The notes under the pieces are model-generated. The model worked only from the letters and a program-made list of their open reading frames with translations, was not told where the DNA came from and did no database searches. Position numbers and translations under genes: made by a program. Positions 25,618 through 40,023 of a DNA stretch of 64,000 nucleotides are shown here, one piece after another; position 1 is the first letter of the stretch; each line of letters starts with the position of its first letter. The stretch covers positions 37,100,401 to 37,164,400 of the forward strand of contig NC_068981.1 in NCBI RefSeq assembly GCF_001194135.2, in the 5' to 3' direction. The stretch is from Octopus bimaculoides. Taxonomy: Eukaryota.

Positions 25618-26994
25618 ATATATATATATATATATATATATGAATATTATCTTTTAACATGAATAGTATTAACAGTAACTTTGAAGTTTCAACCAGGTGA
25701 GCCAGCATCAGACAGTCTAATGATGGCTTCAGCTGGCTGAAACTTTGAAGGCATTTTCAAAACTATACTTGTTAAAGAATAATAAATTTGTACTCTACAA
25801 AAGGTATCAAATGCTCCTTCAATTTAATTTAAAATTGTTTTTATTTGTCTTCTGAATGATAAATTCTTCTGATTGGGTTAATGTAAGTTAATGTAATATC
25901 TGGCTGCTATTTCTAGCAGGTTGAGCAACTGCGTAAAGATTTGGTGACAACAATTGTCATAATAGCTAATGGTGAATAAGATGAAACTGTTAGTAATAAA
26001 GGCAGTGATGATAATGATGATGATTGTAAGAGGACAATAGTTAATGAAGGTTTTTGGTGGTAGTAGTGACAAGATCATTGTCATGAAGATAAAAATTCTC
26101 CTTGTGTGTCATTTGTGACAGTTGTGAAATGTCAGTAACATTAGTTGCTTCTGTTGTAATCTAACTCTAGGACACCTGTGATCAAAGAGACTTCTGATCA
26201 AAGGCATTCAAGGCATCCCATCTTTCCAGATATAAATGAGAATATATTATCAAATGTCTTTCATTCTTTATATAAGCTGCTATTTTCAGCAGGTTAAATG
26301 GCCACATAGAATCTTCCTCATTGACATGCATCATTGGTAAAAATCACTACAGGTGTGAAAAGTCTATTCTGATAGAGGAAGATTGAATTATGTTGGAAGT
26401 GAGAGACAAAATGCTGAATAGCATAACTGATTTCACATATTAGTTGAAGGTGATGAAGGATTGTAGACAGTAGAACTGACTCCAGTGCATAATTGGTACT
26501 TATTATATCAAACATGAAAATATGACAGGCAGCATCTTACTCATTGTCTTCAATTATAATTCCATTCACATCTATGTGGAGTAACAAAAATAATAACTGA
26601 CTTTGGTACTCAACTGGTACTTTATTTTATCAATTCCAGAAGGAAATAAGATAAAGTTAAAGGTGAACATAATGCAATTTGAACTCATAACATAAACTTG
26701 GAATGCAACAAAATAAAACAAGTCATTTTGTCTGATGCTGATAGTTCTGCTGATTCAGTGTCCCTAAGTTTACTGAGGTTGAATTCAAACTAAAAATGTA
26801 GACGGCAGAAATGAAATACTGTAATGCATTTAGGCTGCTACTCCACCAACTTTGATGTATAATGAATCCCAAGTAAATTTAATGAAATGTTACAAAGATC
26901 TATATGTTTCTTAAACTAGCAAGCCATCTATAAATCTATTTAACTCTGTATTTAACAGTGACTCTTTTCCCTTCTCTCTTATAACAGATAAATA

Positions 26995-27380
<386 letters not shown>

Positions 27381-28589
27381 GAGACGCATTGGTTAGTGCT
27401 GGAAACAAATCATAGTGAGTGATAGGAAATGAAATTAATTGCAGTCAACAAAAATATGGTGAAGGCTGGTATGTTAATAGATTAGATTAGGAAGGAAATA
27501 TAAAGTAAAGGAGAGAACTTTGAGAGACTCTGCCGCAAAGTAGGCGAAGGAAAGAAAACTAACCTAAGATAGGTCATTAGGTGTTAGCTTTAGTCATCGA
27601 TTATAATTTGATTGGATTCCCAAACAAAATGATTCAATTTGCTTTTATTTTTCTCTACTTACAGATCTGTGGGTTCTATTAGTTTCGTTTTTGCCTTTAT
27701 TTTTGTTTTTATTTTTATTCTGACTAATTTGTTTTTAGTTTTCTTATTTTATTACATACTCAGGTGTGTGACAGCAGAGACGTGGCTTCTACTAGTAATG
27801 CAACTAAGTTTAGAAGCTTGGCCGCATTTATATGAAATTGATCAGCCTAAGGCAGAAAGGTCTCTCTAAGTCCTGTAAGCCAGTTTTTCTAGTAATAATG
27901 TCTCTATAAACAAACCATAGCGTTTGCTTTGTAAGGTGGAAAGAGGGATAAGACTTAAACATTTCATGGTTTAACACTTCCTTCTAACAATTGGGTACCT
28001 TTAACAAGGCTCACTCTGTTGCAAGTTTTCAAAGTAGTATGTGTAAGGATAACAAAACCCTTTTGCCAAATTTTTATCACTTCTTTCATAAAATAAATAA
28101 TTTTCAGAGTCTACAAGTAAGGAAAAATGTTCCCATGGAAGATAAAATTCCAGAAGCCACCCTACCATTTCTGTGTAATTCTCCTTCAATGTATGATTGT
28201 TGCTCCTCTCCTTTGAGTATTAGATTTTGTGAGTCCCATATGAGGCCTCTGACACCAACTTGGATTGCCTACAGCAATGCATGCCTTGAAACTTGTTTTT
28301 TTTTCTTTTTCCCTTTTCCAAAATACTCTATGACAACTGACAAAGTCTTGCAGTAAAATTGGACATCTATCAGTTGGATAAGTAATTTTTTTCTTTGCAG
28401 CAATACCTATAGACTTACCCACCATTTCCTACTAGTACAGAAGCAAACTGACCAACAAGAGAGTCTCAATGTTGTTGTTTGATCTGCAAGAAATTATAAC
28501 CGAATTCCCTTTAAATAAAACCTTAGCTTTTTATCAATGAAAGGACACATGAGATAATATAGTCTTAAATACAACATCTTTTAACTTTT

Positions 28590-28965
28590 ATTTCCACTTG
28601 CTTCAGTCACTGAACTGTGGCCATGCTGGGGCATCACCTTCAAGGTTTAGCTGAACAAATGAACCCCAGTACTTAAGATTTTAAGCCTGGTATTTATTCT
28701 AACAGTCTCTCTTGCTGAACCACTAAGTTATGGAATGTAAACAAATCAATGCCAGCTGTCAAGTGGGAGGGAGGGGACAAATGCAAACACAGACACACAC
28801 AAACAAATATATATATATATTACAGTCTTCTTTCAGTTTCTGCCTATCAAATCCACTCACAAGGCTTTTGTCAGTCCAGGGCTATAGTAAAAGACACTAG
28901 CCCAAGGACTGAACCTAGAACCATGTGGTTGAGAAGCAAACTTCTAGCCACACAGCCATGCCTGC
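28590..28965 (-). mobile_element. tRNA-derived SINE family A
   Basis: Collinear with 17352-17770. Confidence 0.8.
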
Positions 28966-29149
28966 ACCCGTATACCTTGGAAAAAGCAGACAGGATCATT
29001 GCAGCTACTTGATCAGAGATAAATAGTGGTTAAACAAGTACAGAAGCCGTGCGTAATATTACTCTCTGATCTATGTTGTCAGTTTAAGTAACATGCTCTA
29101 TTCCAGTTGCTTGTAGTTGACTGTTCTTCCCATCAGTTTTATCAAACTG

Positions 29150-31250
29150 ATGTCAAACCTTCCTGTTATTTTGGATCAAGTTCTTTTCCACATTCCTAAC
29201 ATCATCTACTCTTCCCTAAACTCCAATAATTAGCAGTAATTAATTGATTTTTTTCTCACTATTCATCAAATATATCTATCTCAATGTCATACTTGTTGAT
29301 TTGGGTGCATTTACACATTTTCCATATTGAAGCTACAAGCACTGAAGACAAATCTTTATTCATCATCAATTGCCTGTACCAATTCTTCTCATTTATCATA
29401 TCTAAATTCTGAGCTATCTGAAACAGTTAACAAAATGACTGTGCTTATCTTTCGATGAATATCCCCTCACAACCAAAGCTTACAAACCAAAAATCTCTAT
29501 TGGTTCATTCTACAGCTATACACATGTAGCATACACTGCGTATAAAACTTCAAGGAAATCACACACCAATACAATCACTGCAAAGTGTTCAGGAAGACAA
29601 AAGCTGCAGTTGTGCATGGCATTATAGAGAAGTTATCTCATCTATCAAATTGCAGCTGAATTAAATTGGTTCAGGCTCCTTACCATGGTTCTTTATAAAA
29701 TATTCTTTACTACCTTTGTGGAATCTTCTTGCTCACCACTCTCCAACCAAGGATTTGACAAAAGTAATACACCTACAAATACTACCCAATTTGCTTTTAA
29801 ATTCACAATGCAAATACATATGATCTTTTCAAACTCCAGTCTCCATCAAACTTACTGAGACACTATGTGCACTTAGGCACCAAGTATATAAATTTGTTTT
29901 GTCATTTCAACCCAGCAGGATTATGCTGATGATTCTTCTTCCATTTTGTTCAAACAATATGGGATCTGATCTGACCCATGTAGATATCCAATAGCATATA
30001 CCATTTTGCTGAAGGAGAACCTATCTGACAGTGATAACCACTGAGTTATTACCTCAACTTGATGAAAACAGTTGAAAACAACTTCCTCTATCATTTCAAG
30101 TTTCTTTCTACTATCATCATTTATCTTTAGTTTCTATAAAACAATATGTGAGATGGCATACAACAGTAGGCTTTTCATTCTCAAGATCTTTAAATGAAGC
30201 AATGATGTAGCTCATTAGATCAACTAAGATTTCAACAATGAGATTTCCTACCTAAGTTGTCCTTCTGTCACTCAATACTTTGCTTGTCACTCATTAATTG
30301 AATCAAACAATTTGAATCATAGCAGCTTGGAGTCTGACAAAAGCTGCTATGAAATGTCTCTCAGCTACATTCTTCTGCTCTGGTGTACTACAAAGTTCAG
30401 TTATGTCCTCCATTTCCTTTTCTCTGTGCATTAAAATCATATTCTACATTCAATCCAATGTAGATGATATCATTCTTTATTTCTTCTTGTCCTGCCACAT
30501 GCAGCTTATATGCTAACAGACTTGCATTGCTGTGATAAATACTTTGAAAGCAGCATAATAATCTAATCTTCTTTAACAATACCAATATACTACAATCACT
30601 AGACATACCAAAGAAACAGTTTTATCATACTTCACCCTCCTATCTCATGAATAACTCAACTAATTTCTGGGAATTTGTAACAAATGTTACCTCTGACAGA
30701 CCCTGATGAGTTCATGTCTATGACATTATGAAACCTATGCTTCAGAGTCTATGTTTCTTTATCAGGTCCATAATTATCGACAGCAGCTGATTCTTTATGA
30801 TGCACAACTGCAATCTAAATTAAAGCAAGTTAATTTATTTTGATCAATTCTACAGCTTCATGCATAAACATCGTAGATCACATAGAAAATGACATTCATT
30901 TAATTGCCAAATATTTGCTCACTAGGCAACTACACCTACTATCCCACAAATACTCTGTTGCATCAGTATTCCTGGCCTCCAATGATGTGATGGCTTCTGC
31001 TCTTTTAAGCAAACTCAATACTACTTCTGCCAAGGCACATCTAAAGCAATTACCTCTCTTCCACTCATCATCTCTACTCTGCTCAGTCTACAAAATCCAA
31101 ATTAAACACTTTGTCCAACTCTTCCTATCTATAATTTCACCATCTATAATTTCACCATCTATAATCCAACCATGCTTACTTTTTTCTCAATGAAATCATT
31201 CCATAAAAGTTCATACGGAAAATCAACCACATTTATTTCACTAATCTGAG
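29150..31250 (+). mobile_element. Heavily decayed CR1/L2-group LINE (RT region and 3' part)
   Basis: Scattered remnants: ADDSSSILFK at about 29925 (cf. GPDGIP...LK), IQSNVDDIIL at about 30448 (cf. IHSYADDSTL), and a C-terminal 'ASL..FY..Y'-like segment near 30995. No continuous ORF. Confidence 0.45.
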
Positions 31251-31589
31251 ACAAACTGTGAAATTTATGGATACTGGATTTCCTTTTTGGACTAAATGTT
31301 GCACGTTATAAATAAAAATTTCAAATGTTTGATATATATATATATAATTATTTATAATGAATAAATGTAGGAGCAATTGATCTGTTAAAAATGGCAATCA
31401 CATCTCCCTCAAATCAGACTCTATGATCTTGTATTGTGTGTTGTTTGTGCAGTGCAGGTTGTATTCTTCTGTTGGGTATTGAACTTCTATGGTACATGTG
31501 GGGTTTGTTTATTTTATTGGGTATTTACTGTACGAGTTTATTCCTGTATGTTTTTGGAGGAGTGTTGCAATGTAGTGTGCGTAAACCAT

Positions 31590-31750
31590 AAATCACTCAC
31601 CACACACTTGGTTAGCATCAGTCAGAGCATCCAGCTGTAGAAACCATGCCTAATCAAATTGGAACTGGTGCAGTCCCCCAGCTTACCAGTTTTCAGTCAA
31701 ACCATCCAACCCATGCCAGCATGGAAAGTGGATGTTAAATGATGATGATA
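31590..31750 (+). mobile_element. Family D 3' portion
   Basis: gcatccagctgtagaaacc...cagtcaaaccatccaacccatgccagcatggaaagtggatgttaaatgatgatgat. Confidence 0.75.
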
Positions 31751-34515
31751 AAGATGAATAACGTAGTGTGTGATATATAAATTCTGGGATGACTACAGCT
31801 GAAATACATAGAGCCATCAGTCTTCATGATCAGAGCTAACCAGGAGGCAGGAAATAAAAGTTTTTTTATATTCTCATATCCTTTAGAAAGAGTTGTGAAT
31901 GAGAAGTGTCAATTATTTTCCACAAATTACAAAACTCTCACCAACATTTTGCTTATGTCATGAGTCATGAAGAAGTCAGTTTTATAGAGAATAATATTTT
32001 CTGAAATTTTTGTTTAGATTATTAAATGTGCATCTGCAAATATTACTCAGCAACATCAACTGTGCAACAGAATATTTACTTCATATCAGGATGTAACAGC
32101 TGTTTAAGATGCCAGTTGCATGAAATTGTATATCATAATCTATAATGATTATAGACTGTAAGAAGAATCTTTTAATATTATGACTGCAGACAACAGACTA
32201 TCAGCTAGAAAATCACAGTCAACAACCTCAGATACCAGCTGATCAAATAAGCAATTGCAAACACTGATCTGTAAGTTATTAAGTAAACAATTTTCCGGCA
32301 ATAGCCTGGATGATGAGAAACTACCTCATCTACTTATAAGACTACTTAAGGTAGCAACCTGTCATATAGTGATTAAGGTCTAAATTCACAATATTTAACA
32401 TGTCTAGGAAACAGTTACTATTGTGATAAATACTGCAGATATATATAATCAGCAACTGGCTTGATTTGTGACTAAATTATATGGCTTATTGTATTTGCTA
32501 AATTTTGAAGTAGGTATTCTGGTCTCTAAAGTTTATATAGTAGGGGTGTATATGCCATATTATTTTTAATGACTATCTACATATTGTTTACATAATTAAT
32601 TTTTTTTAAAATTTAGATTTTGCTCAATACAAGAGTGTAAAGTATTTCATCAAAATTGCTAATTTTTTGTGAAGAATCTCTTGTTTTTGTGGCTTAAGCA
32701 ACATATTGCATTGCACCAAGCAACAAATGTGTATGTACTCTAGATAGATTAGGAATCAATCAGAAAAATAAATTTTACTTTTAATAATTTTCCAATAACA
32801 TGGCTTTTAATAACAATGTTTGATGAACAGCATCAACAAAATATAACAATAACAATAAGAAAAATTGCAGACAATCATTACACAAAGTGCACAAGCGTAT
32901 AGAAATGATTCTAGAGCATTTTCAACATTATATTTATGTAAGCTTTTAATTACAATTTCCTCTTTCCTATTTTTCCTTTCATCTGGTTCATATAAAATTA
33001 AATATTATGTAAATTTCTTAAATATTGATGTATATTACAATGCAGTGCTGTATAGATGACAGGGGAAAACTGGAAAGAAAGCTTTGGTTGTGGAAGAGAT
33101 AAGAGGAATAGATTTCTGCACACAAATCAATAGCTCTTCAAAGAATCAACAAACAATATGCAATGAAAGTGAGTTTACAGGAAACAAACTCACTAATTTT
33201 CTTAGCAGAATTACTTTTAAATGTGAATATTTTAGATTAGATATTATTATATGACTTTTCTTTTTTTTTTAGTGAAAGTGAAAAAGATTATATATTGGCT
33301 AGCAATCTGAAAATGTAAAAAAAAATAAATTAAAATATATGAAAGGAACAACTACAAAGGCAACAGCAGCAATAGCAACACAAGTATCATAACAAAAAGT
33401 TGATATAAAATAAAGAAAATCGGTTCCTGGTAATTAGTGTGTTTGATTCCAGTTATGTTAATTCAAACAAATATCTATGAATAATGGTGCTAATTATCTA
33501 TCTTGTCATTGCAAGGTAGTATTTAGGAAAATTAACACTTGTATTGTAAGTTCTGTAGTGTTTGTTTCTGTTTCTGCTGATGTATAGAGGCACAATTATA
33601 AATGAGATAGCAGAAAACCTATAGCTAGATAAAGATTTATAGCAGAAATGGAATAATCAATACAATGTTGGCAAGAACAACATGTTTAACTTTTACTATC
33701 AGTCTCTAAATTAGTTTATCAGATAGGTTTAACCCCAAGATATCTCTCATTAATATTAGCTATCAAAAACTGTTCCGTCAAAACAAAAACTTGTTTACTG
33801 GATAAATCCCTTGGTCTTTCTCTATTTTCACATGAAACTAATTATGATGTGATATTTCATTTTAGTAATACATATATAAGCTCATTTCAATGCATATAGT
33901 TTTCATCATTGCAATTCATCCATTACAAAGAAATTTTGTAAATTATATTTTATTTTATTTGATCCAGTTATATATAAATCAAATTTTAATATTATCAAAT
34001 TTACTTCTTCGAAAACTAAAAAGAAAAAATAATAAACAAATTCTCTCCTTTCGTAGCTTTTCCTTTTCTTTTTTTTTCTGATTGATTTCAATTCAGTTAC
34101 ATCTGAAAGAATCTCATTTTATTGATGACTATTTAAACTAATCAAACCTTATTCTGTATAACTAATTTAAAGAATTTGTAAAGTAGAAACTCACACACAT
34201 ACCAAACTTCTAAAATTCTTTATTGAGAACATTTTATTTTTCTCCTTTTATGTCTCATTATTATATTATTTATACATAATTTATACTAATTCATTGCAGA
34301 GGTCAACAGTCAAGGAAATTATTTTATGCATTTAGGCTATAATATCTAAAAGGAAGTAGAGTCATTTCTATGAATTTAATTCAATCTTGATATTATAGAA
34401 TTCTATCTTGAAATAAGTCATCCAGCTGCATATCATGACTTCCTTTAGAGACTATATGCATGTGCTTATAAGTGTACATGTATGTGTGTGCATGTGTGAG
34501 TGTGCATGTATGTGA

Positions 34516-34549
<34 letters not shown>

Positions 34550-34649
34550 AATACATAATTGCAGTAGTATGTCTATTCTTTATACCATTATTCTAAATTT
34601 CTATAATTATCTTCATGACATTACCTTTATGCAGTAGGTCAAAGCAGGC

Positions 34650-35010
34650 ATACATCTCTTGTATATTCCTAAAGCATGATAACCCAATAAAAGAATGAAT
34701 GTTCACAGATGCTTTATGAAGTTGTCGTTTCCCAGAAGAATTTAAGATTTGCTTCCAGGTAGTTACAGATGATACTTCTGCATCCACTTCAGAACTTTAT
34801 GTCATCTTTCTTGTAATAATCATCTCATCCAGAATATATTAGTTTGTAAATTCTGATGTTTGTGTTCCACAGTCTTTCAAAAGACATAACCTCTTTCAAA
34901 AGATATTCGATTTTGTCCACTATTTTCCCTTATAGTCAGATGACCTTTGTGGATTTTCTGGAATACCTTCAAGCTAACTTTCACTGGAAATGCAACTGAA
35001 TATCTTACAA
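34650..35010 (-). mobile_element. Possible Gypsy integrase (HHCC zinc-binding) remnant
   Basis: Minus-strand frame VAFPVKVSLKVFQKIHKGHLTI resembles IP..LR..VL..IH.GHLGI; the remainder is too degraded to align. Confidence 0.3.
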
Positions 35011-36060
35011 CCACACAACTTTAGTATATCGATAATTCTTTCAGTTAGCCTGTTGTCCTCATGAATGTTCTAATTTCTATTGTATTTGAAAAAGCATAAG
35101 AAAGCACAGCGTGTTAAACTTTACAATCATAAATTATCACTTCTTGAGACATGATATAGACTTCATGTAGAAACAAAAGAATTGACTTGCTCTAAATAGT
35201 TGCTAAATCTACCTGAAATCACATCACCTCATCAAAGAAAAAGTCATACTAAATGATGTAGTTCAGTGAATACAGTGCCAAAACAGAAAAGACAATATGG
35301 TTATGGCTTGAATGATCTTTGTCTGTCTGATCAGAATCAATCTGGGGTGGCAGGTAGATTTCATGAGCATTCATTATAAGAATGTCTCTCTATTGCCCAA
35401 CCTACTAGAAAGAGTAACTAAATCTACCTCAAGTCACATCCACTATCTTAAATAATCGTGGAATGGGATTGCCAAGACGTTAGCAGTTGTGTTCTGTATA
35501 TATATATTACAGTAAAAACCATGATGTATCTGTGGGGTTGATGATAGTGAGCATATCCAAGAGCTCTATAACTAGAAAGATAAACAAACTATGGTAATGG
35601 ATGAAATGTTTTTGATTAGGACTGATCTGAGACTATATTATCAAATAATATTGATGTTTGTTGTGCTGTTGTTTTTGTTTAGCCCCAGGTCAACCCAGAC
35701 TGAGTAAGCCTATGATCAAAGGCATTCCTGACATAACAATTTTAACTTGTGATGGGGAAGAATTAGTTGCTATTACTATCACGTAAAGTGATCAGTGGAT
35801 GATAGTAAATTTGCTTTCTGATTTCAGCTGTAAGCCATTTTGAAATCCCTGTTACAACAAAGATTCATTTTTGTAGTCGTCATTGCATTATATCATAGGA
35901 AGGAAGTAAAAGCTCATAAATTTATAATTGTGGAGTGTCTGCTAGAAATATGCTATACAAATCAAAAAGCCTCTTTCTCAATTTGTGTTTAGTTTTTGTT
36001 TTTCAATTTATAACTACAACACGAAATAAAGCAGACATTTGGCATTATCTTCAACCATAT

Positions 36061-36112
<52 letters not shown>

Positions 36113-36309
36113 NNNNNNNNNNNNNNNNNNNNNNNNNNNNNNNNNNNNNNNNNNNNNNNNNNNNNNNNNNNNNNNNNNNNNNNNNNNNNNNNNNNNNNNN
36201 NNNNNNNNNNNNNNNNNNNNNNNNNNNATATATATATATATATATATAAAATAAGATATTATTAAAAAATAATAATAATGTAGTGGCCAGAAACCAATAT
36301 AGATAAATA

Positions 36310-36530
36310 TTAGAATCATTAGCATGCCGGGCGAAATGCTAAGCGGTATTTTATCTGCCATTACATTCTGAGTTTAAATTCCACTGAGGTTGACGTTGCC
36401 TTTCATCCTTTCAGGGTCAATTAAACAAGTACCAGTTATGCACTGGGGTAGAGGTAATCGACTTAATCCCTTTGTCTGTCCTTGTTTGTCCCCTCTGTGT
36501 TTTGCCTCCTGTGGGCAATAAAGAAATAGA
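36310..36530 (+). mobile_element. tRNA-derived SINE family B
   Basis: tagaatcattagcatgccgggcgaaatgct...ttctgagtttaaattccactgaggttgacgttgcctttcatcctttc...agtaccagtta.gcactgggg; same family as 63285-63490 and 48941-49110. Confidence 0.85.
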
Positions 36531-36669
36531 TATAGGTAAAAATACATAGAAATTTAGGGTATAACGATATAGATAAATATAGGTAAATATACATAAATAA
36601 TTTAGGGTATAAAAAAATATATAGAAAGAAGAGTCAAATATTCTTTCTAACATAGCTGGTGTATATTTT

Positions 36670-37020
36670 TTATACCTTCGTCGCCTTTCTGGCACTTGTG
36701 CCCGTGACATGTGTAAGGATTTTCGAGCGAGATCGTTGCCAGTGCCCCTGGACTGGCTCTTGTGCAGGTGGCACATAAAATACACCATTTTGAGCGTGGT
36801 CGTTGCCAGTATCGCCTGACTGGCCTTCGTGCGGGTAACACGTAAAATCACCCACTACACTCTCTGAGTGGTTGGCTTTAGGAAGGGCATCCAGCTATAG
36901 AAACTCTGCCAAATCAGATTGGAGCCTGGTGTTGCCATCCGGTTTCACCAGTCTTCAGTCAAATCGTCCAACCCATGCTAGCATGGAAAGCGGACGTTAA
37001 ACGATGGTGATGATGATGAT
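36670..37020 (+). mobile_element. Family D element with about 66-bp repeat units and (GAT)n tail
   Basis: Collinear with 24413-24727 plus the tail at 25510-25617. Confidence 0.85.
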
Positions 37021-38551
37021 AGGCATATGTGTGTGTGTGTGTGTAATATGGTTGAAGATAATGCCAAATGTGAGTGTGTGTGTATGTGTTCATTTTGAAT
37101 TGATTCATTTTGTCATTTGATTTTTTTTTCAGTGTTATATTTGAGAATGAGAAAACCTACCAAGTTAGATACAAAACAGTCAATACCAACATACAGGATT
37201 CTATACTATTTTATTTTATTTAGATACATTGAATTTACTTGAAGAGGAAAATTAAAAATAGTAGAAAGTTCAGGTCAATATATGTGCATGCAGGAAGACC
37301 AAGAAAATTTATAAGGTGTATAAAGTTGTATTGTGGCTTCATTTCAAATTCAATCACCTGTACATAGAAGAAAAGCTCTTGGATATGCTCACTATCATCA
37401 ACCCCACAGATACATCATGGTTTTTACTGTAATATATATACAGAACACAACTGCTAACGTCTTGGCAATCCCACTCCACGATTATCAAACACAAAAGTAA
37501 CTGTAATCTCTGGATCAGACTCATTACCCTTGTTAAATCGACTTAGGCATTATTAACAAAACAAATCCTGGATATACTCTTACCTAAACTTAAGAAGGCA
37601 TCTGTTGAAACGCTGTGAAACAATGTACAACCAACTTCAAATCACATCTTAACACAACTCCAAGTTACTGCAATGCAATATTAAAGAGGGCTATGTTTTA
37701 GTTATAAAGCTATTTCTGATTAAGGCCTTCAGCCATAATAGAACTACGAATCTAGCAAGAGGGAAACATATGTTATCTTACTAGTTCGGAAGTCTCTCAT
37801 GTGACTCCAAAAATCTTCTGATGTTCCACTTGATGTCAACATGGGAGAAAATTACTCTGCAGAGGTCAGCAACAATGTTGGATAATCCTATTCACGAGTT
37901 TAAAATTTTAAAAATTTCCATTCTTACAAGGTAGATTATATAAGGATGACAGCGTTCTACACCTTAGAGGCTGCGATACTGATTCTACCAATAAAATTTG
38001 AAAAGAGCACCACCACATCTTTAAATTTAGCAACCGACTTGAAACTGCAGAATTTCGTGATATCACTGGTGACTTTTCTAATTCTCTGAACTAACCTTTT
38101 CACAAGCTAAACACGGTGATAAATTACATACATAGGATGTCAAACCACACTAAACTAAGTTGTCTTAGATAACTTAGGTAAATAATGTAAGCTTTCAATA
38201 ATGGATATATATTTACAGGTTACACTGCTTACTGCTACAAAGCCTTAGGATGTAATAAACTTTTAAGGAAGAATTACTTATGTTGAACCACTTTGTATCA
38301 TTATTAATTATGCTGTCGTTATAGTCGTCTTAATGTTTATTTGTTCCATTTAACATCACCATACTCACTATGAATCCTTTACATCTTAGTCAACTTTAGC
38401 CTCTTCCACACCCAACATCTTTTGACTGATCTCAGATACAGCATTCAGTTCCAGTCCACTCCAGCATCATCCCCAACCTCTCAGTACACATGAACCACGA
38501 AACACGTAGTTTATACATATATAAGTGTGTGTGTTTGTTTGTTTGCTTGTT

Positions 38552-38602
<51 letters not shown>

Positions 38603-39494
38603 CTATATAACTATATCTGTTCTAGTGGCTTACACAACATCAATACACCATTCGTGACCCATTTTCATTATTTACATTTTTATTTTTGCACTCAAACTAT
38701 TTTTACATCGCCATTAACCCTATGTAATAATTTACATTATCTTCCCTCACTCCGTAGTACCTTTAATGGCCATACTACAAAACGTAGGATTTAGTGCTCA
38801 GACAACATTCTTCACTTCGTATTTTTGTATTTTGAATAACAAGATAACTGAACCTTCCAATAATTTATCAGTCATTCATTTATCAATTTTCTTACACATC
38901 ATGACTGCCTTAGCACGTACTATACATTCATCACCTTACTTCACAATGAAAGTTAATTCTAACATAAGTTCTTTACATTTTTCATGTCATCTCGATCAAG
39001 TTAATTAGCATGTGGCCATTTGTTGACTATCAATATTGTTTAAAAACATCTCACATACCATTCTCACCCTCTTCCTTTTTATCTTTCTTACGTTCTTCAC
39101 TCACCTACTTCCATCTCCCCGATTCTACTTGCTTCTGATCACTTCTCAACCCATTCCTTTCTTTCACCCTCTTCTCGTGCTTTTCATTCCCTTTGAACTG
39201 CTTCTTCTGTTAAACAACGATTCATTTATCACTTGCCTATAAGACTAACAAATAATGTTTGCTACAAATTACGCCTTCTCCAACCCTACAGTATTTTAAC
39301 AACGTATACTAAAATCTAAGATGACTGTTGCATTGCATTCGTTTATACCGTGTCCAAATATTTACTTTATGTTAAATTATAAATCTTAATTCTAATAATT
39401 TTACTTCAGTTGCCGTTAGATGGACTTGTCCAGTATGCGTGCAAAAAGCGACGAAACCGTTCTTTACGTACTTGCTGGAAGTCCCTTGGTCGTG

Positions 39495-40023
39495 ATGAAA
39501 TGTCACGTGGCATGGGCTGGATTCGATGGATGAAATGACAAATCAGTCAACTCTGGAAACGAAGCGAATAATTGTTGGTAGGAGTCACCCGATGTGGCCA
39601 CGAAGAAAGAAGGGCTCACAAGGGGGACAGAAGAATCATTTTCGGTGACGGCGAGTGAAGTTGTGTCATCGATAAGTCGACGTCCTCTAACGCCCACAAT
39701 GAGAGAATAGTGGTGTAAGAAATCTGCACCAAGAATGGGATAAGGCAGGTCCGCAATGACAAAGATCCACTTGGAGTGAAAAATTCAGGGTAAGAGAGAT
39801 TTGTCCGTAGGTCTTGATGGCGGAAGTGATTTACTGCGTAGAGAGAAATGTCCGAAAGACCAGGATTGGATGACGTAAACCTTGGAGGCCAAATACTTAA
39901 GCTGGCACCCTTATCCATCATAAAGGACTTTGAAGAATTGGCATCTCTGATAAAGAATGCACGGTAGGGTGAATCAATGGGGGAGACGACTGACATGCCC
40001 AATATCTTCCTGCCTAGTTTCCC
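39495..40023 (-). pseudogene. Gypsy aspartic protease region (pol 5' end), frameshifted and truncated before RT
   Basis: FFIRDANSSKSFMMDKGASLS (DTG changed to DKG), then across frameshifts SAIKTYGQISLTLN and WIFVIADLPYPILGADFLHHYSLIVGVRGRRLID. Confidence 0.85.

Noticed and set aside
36035-37071. 28-bp inverted repeats as MITE TIRs
   Set aside because: No target-site duplication, and the arms are embedded in microsatellites; reported instead as a templated insertion.
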